A stretch of DNA of 62,715 bases, the filler included, from Stramenopiles sp. TOSAG23-2 (Eukaryota): the NCBI GenBank assembly GCA_900128395.1. It is 46 parts of 46 records of this genome, joined end to end, with 100 filler letters (N's around TTAATTAATTAA, not from the genome) between each part and the next. Parts side by side here need not be neighbours in the genome. Positions count along the whole stretch, not along the records: positions 58,744 to 60,001 come from LT653329.1; positions 60,102 to 61,358 come from LT653330.1; positions 61,459 to 62,715 come from LT653331.1; 43 more parts are not named here. One strand, written 5' to 3'. The notes under the pieces are model-generated. The model was not told the origin of the DNA and did not search any database. It saw only the letters and a list, made by a program, of their open reading frames with translations. Positions 58,791-62,715 of the stretch are shown here, in pieces. Positions within the stretch are counted from its first letter, which is position 1; each line of letters starts with the position of its first letter. The translations under genes were made by a program, and so were the position numbers.

Positions 58791-59999
58791 TTATAGACAT
58801 ACCTGCGGTAAAGAACCACCATGAAATGCAACATTTTCCACATTATCACATTTCATTTTACTATTTTTGGAATCTTTCAATTTGCTTTTTAATACAACAT
58901 TATCAAAGAAAATATTTTTACATGGTGCAACTTTAGCACAACTAATGACACCCACGGTTTCTAATTCACGTGATGTACCTCTTATATTTACAAATGAAAT
59001 ATTTTCAAATTGTACAGCTGTTTTTGATGGTGGGCATTTACTTGGCCATGGGCAATATCGTCCTAATAATTGAATTGGTAAATATACACCATCTAAGATA
59101 ATATCTTTGTAAAGAATGTCATATGCATAACCCTTACCATTTGGGTATGATTTGACACGTAAACCACCGCTACTATATATACCTTGTGTAATTCCACCTG
59201 TCGCAGTCATGTTTTCAAATGTTACATTCGAAATCGTACCATTTCGCATACCACCAATAGAAATCCCATGTCCACCGAGACATGTAACATTTTTCACAAT
59301 CACATTGCCTCCTCTACATTTCAACAATAAAGGATCATTTTGGCAATCTACATCTGCCTCACCTAAATTAACAACACTTACACAATCATCCCCATTTGAT
59401 ATGATTGAATTAGTTAACGATTGATCTCTTCCACCATAAAAATTAATACCATCAGTATTCGGTGAAGTTTGTGGTGCTTTTACATATAATTTATTAACGC
59501 GAACAGTTGTACAGTTTCCAACTTCTATATTATGGTTCGGTGAGTCTTCAAAATGTATATTTTCTATTAAAACATCTTCCACGTTACTCAGTGTCAATAA
59601 ATGTGGTCTAAATTCACCTGTTAATTTCCGTGTCCACCAACTCAAACCATCGTTTGATCTAATTGTACCACCACCAACAATTTTAATCTTTTTCCTAGAT
59701 TTATTATTATTATTTGTAATAAAATTTTGTTGGTCATAGTTCGGTAATTTAATATATTCTTTTTTTGGTAACATTGTTATTGTACCTTGAATATCTAACG
59801 TAACAAAATTTGATTTTATTACAATATAGCCAGTCAGATAAGATTGTTCAAACAAGACCGTACAGTTAGTCGAATAATTAGCATCACCACATGTATCTAA
59901 TGTTTTCTGTATTGCATGCCAATCATTAGCTTTACCATCACCTATTGCACCAAAATTTTCAGGCCTCAAAATATTATATGCATGACCAACAATTATTAT
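58791..59999 (-). CDS. Glycoside hydrolase family 28 (polygalacturonase-like), signal peptide truncated
   Basis: FGAIGDG..ND, PNTDG, GDDC, GHGISIG, LRVKS; Cys pattern C...PC.NI. Confidence 0.95.
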   Translation of the reverse strand: MIIVGHAYNILRPENFGAIGDGKANDWHAIQKTLDTCGDANYSTNCTVLFEQSYLTGYIVIKSNFVTLDIQGTITMLPKKEYIKLPNYDQQNFITNNNNKSRKKIKIVGGGTIRSNDGLSWWTRKLTGEFRPHLLTLSNVEDVLIENIHFEDSPNHNIEVGNCTTVRVNKLYVKAPQTSPNTDGINFYGGRDQSLTNSIISNGDDCVSVVNLGEADVDCQNDPLLLKCRGGNVIVKNVTCLGGHGISIGGMRNGTISNVTFENMTATGGITQGIYSSGGLRVKSYPNGKGYAYDILYKDIILDGVYLPIQLLGRYCPWPSKCPPSKTAVQFENISFVNIRGTSRELETVGVISCAKVAPCKNIFFDNVVLKSKLKDSKNSKMKCDNVENVAFHGGSLPQVCL

Positions 60000-60102
60000 A
60001 ANNNNNNNNNNNNNNNNNNNNNNNNNNNNNNNNNNNNNNNNNNNNTTAATTAATTAANNNNNNNNNNNNNNNNNNNNNNNNNNNNNNNNNNNNNNNNNNN
60101 NA

Positions 60103-60897
60103 AGTAGCCAAATATTAGGTATATTAAAACGCACGAACACAGGTAGACGCAGCAGTTCTTACAACAATGAAAATATTATGAAAAGTGGGAGTATTGTTTC
60201 AGAATCTACGGTACACGATACCACATCATTAACTGTGAACTCTGGGTCCCACACTGCAAGAGCAGTTCAAGGAATGATAAACAAAAGTCGTACTAACGAA
60301 GAAAGCCAAGGCGCATTCGAATCTAACAACAACGAGAATAATAGTAATAAAATTGAGGACAACCGGAATATATCCTTTTCTAGATCAAATCCTATATTTA
60401 CCAATACTCGAAGTGGAGAGGCTTCGACAGTCAACATGCCACAGCAACCGGAAAGACCAAATTCAAGGCTCCGGCGTTCATTTTCGACCGGGTCGTACAA
60501 TCAAGGTAGCTTCTTAAATGCAAATGCCTCTAAGCAAGGTAGTTCTCAAAGCAATCAAGGAGGTGGTAATCACAACACCAATGGGCCGACTTCATTTGGT
60601 ATGTTTAATGGTGGCAATGCCATTTCTCGTAAATTCGTATTTCGTCGGAGTAGTGGTGACAGCAGCAATATTAACGATGCAAATAGCCGCCCCGCTTGGA
60701 ATATTGAAGATAATAATTCGCAATCTAGAAGCGGGGGTGTAAATGGTATGAATGCAATTCATAGAGGCAACGCCGATGATGGAGTATCCAATTTCAGTAA
60801 CTCAATATTTGTGACTGATTCGAAAAACGATAAAGATGGAAGTCGGGAAAGTAATTTATTGTGGGATGCTCTTGCCAGTAATAATTTCAAAAAATAA
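60103..60897 (+). CDS. Ser/Asn/Gly-rich disordered C-terminal fragment
   Basis: Open from contig start to TAA 60897. Confidence 0.7.
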   Translation, partial: SSQILGILKRTNTGRRSSSYNNENIMKSGSIVSESTVHDTTSLTVNSGSHTARAVQGMINKSRTNEESQGAFESNNNENNSNKIEDNRNISFSRSNPIFTNTRSGEASTVNMPQQPERPNSRLRRSFSTGSYNQGSFLNANASKQGSSQSNQGGGNHNTNGPTSFGMFNGGNAISRKFVFRRSSGDSSNINDANSRPAWNIEDNNSQSRSGGVNGMNAIHRGNADDGVSNFSNSIFVTDSKNDKDGSRESNLLWDALASNNFKK

Positions 60898-61269
60898 GAA
60901 GTAAAAAGTTTTGTATAAAAATTTTTACACTCTTTCGTATCATATATATACGTAAATGTTCTCTTACACTCACATATATATATATATATATATATATATC
61001 GTATGCATATATAAAAAAATTCTCCTTATGCTTATATTTACGAGTCGTATAATTTAAAGATTTTTTATTTTACTCATAATGTTATATATTATATATTCAC
61101 TATATATGTGTAGTTACCAGAAATAATTAATACTATTACCTAACCAGAATTGCATACAATAAAAGAGAGTGGAAGAATTATTTATATTAATATTGTTTAG
61201 GTCCCGGGGAATCAAGAGGTTGCTTGTGTTTCTTTTTGGCTGGTCGTCGTAACCCTTTATATATATATA

Positions 61270-61358
61270 TATATTTTAATTGTTTTAATTTCCTCATGAT
61301 AATTCCTACGTACTTTTCAAAAGAATACAATAACTGAAATAATCTACGCGTAATTTAT
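61270..61358. repeat. Dispersed repeat family copy
   Basis: CATGATAATTCCTA and TTCAAAAGAATACAATAACTGAAATAATCTA blocks shared with 19206 and 33240-33300. Confidence 0.8.
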
Positions 61359-61458
61359 NNNNNNNNNNNNNNNNNNNNNNNNNNNNNNNNNNNNNNNNNN
61401 NNTTAATTAATTAANNNNNNNNNNNNNNNNNNNNNNNNNNNNNNNNNNNNNNNNNNNN

Positions 61459-62715
61459 ACACCCTGATACGGAATATTTTCCACCCGCGGAAGTACATAA
61501 TGTTACATCTGGTGATCCAACATACCCGGTAGCACATGAAAGACTGTCCTCACAAGCGGTTACATCGCCATTCTTGAATAAACAATTATTCGAGTCTTCG
61601 TTGGCATAATCGTATCCAATAGTTGATGGTCGTTTACATATTGGGTCACATCCAGTTACTGTATAAGCAGCACCAGGAATTGTACACAAGGTAACGTCAA
61701 TATTAGACTTAGTATCGTAATTGGCAGCACATGCAAGACTCTGTGCACAATCGAGTTTATCACCAGAATTTGCTCTAAGACATGTACTACTATTTTCATT
61801 AGTAAAGTTATACCCATTTACATTTGTTGTTGGCCTTTTACATTTTGGTTCACACCCAGAAACTGAATACTCTAACGTAGCACCACTACATACTGTCGCT
61901 GTTGGTACTTGTCCGGGAAGCGTATCCCAATTATTTGCGCACTGCAAGTTAACTTGAAATGTAGCAACATCTAACTTTTCAATACTATTACTAAAATCGT
62001 AACCGTTGACTACTGGTCGCACACATGTGCTTTGACATCCTACTACTGTATAATGTTGACCTGGAGTTGTACATAATGTTACGCTCGGTGTCCCAACATA
62101 ATTCGTAGCACAGCTCAGACTAGCGGAACAAGCATCTTTATTGCCATCCGTAAATAGGCAATTGATTGAATCTTCCTCAGCATAATTATAACCGTTCAGA
62201 TCCGTTTGAGCGTTGTTGTTTTTTGGTCGTGTACATTCTGCTTTACAGCCTGTTAGAGAATATTCCACTTCATCAATTTGACAAACAGTTGCTTGTGGGG
62301 TACCTTTATAACCAGCTGCACACTCCAAACCGGTGACAGAAAACGTAGCAACTGTCAAATTTTCAACTAAGTTTTTATTACCGAAATAATAACCAACAAT
62401 ATTTGATGGACGTTTACATTTATCAACACAACCAGAAACAGAATATGGTCCATCAGATGTACACAATGCTACTAATGGACTTCCTCGGTAATCTGTATCA
62501 CACGCAAGACTTGCAGCACACTTATTGGCATTGCCGTCACTTGAGAGACAATAACTTTTATCTTCCCCCCTGTAATCATACCCTTTTGTTTTAGGCCGTG
62601 TACAATTTTTTGGTTTTACGGGTTCAGGTACACAATTGGAAAAATATGGTTCTCCTTTTGGTTCCTTCCCGTATTCCATGTTCCAATATTTCTCATCACA
62701 CCAAAGTTTTCCTTG
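61459..62715 (-). CDS. Extracellular Cys-rich repeat protein (internal fragment)
   Basis: Six ~62-70 aa modules C.RP...GY...L.CA..Y.G.P....C......Y...GC, in two subtypes. Confidence 0.9.

Overview
This is not contiguous DNA. It is 46 unrelated short contigs (about 1,257-1,276 bp each, in decreasing length order) joined by 45 artificial 100-bp linkers (44 N + TTAATTAATTAA + 44 N), so adjacency across linkers means nothing and most genes are truncated. The source is an AT-rich, intron-poor eukaryote using the standard code, with Asn-rich low-complexity tracts, (TA)n microsatellites and one clear GT-AG intron. A heterotrophic marine protist (stramenopile/MAST-like) single-cell or metagenome assembly is my inference, not demonstrated. 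Recognisable genes: EMC1, a UBE2E-type E2, FIP1 fused to four CCHC knuckles, the GCN2 C-terminus, a BI-1/TMBIM protein (spliced, absent from the ORF track), an aldo-keto reductase with a signal peptide, LicD-family, Mpv17/PMP22, SET/LSMT, GH28, an NRPS-type adenylation domain, RGS-PH, an ankyrin-polycystin channel, cNMP-binding proteins, Sfi1-like repeats, and a GC-richer JMJD5/KDM8 contig probably from another organism. The most interesting signals are non-coding: (i) a palindromic TACGA-N1-4-TCGTA motif repeatedly found just downstream of stop codons of unrelated genes; (ii) mirror-symmetric elements of 9-bp-period iterons around an AT-rich core, resembling helicase/primase origins of mobile elements (34949-35200, 15756-15888); (iii) an array of ~80-bp hairpins with variable spacers (7851-8145); (iv) a clustered TAGCA/TGCTA motif; (v) several satellite and dispersed repeat families. 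Several contigs look like inversion chimeras of the kind made by whole-genome amplification.
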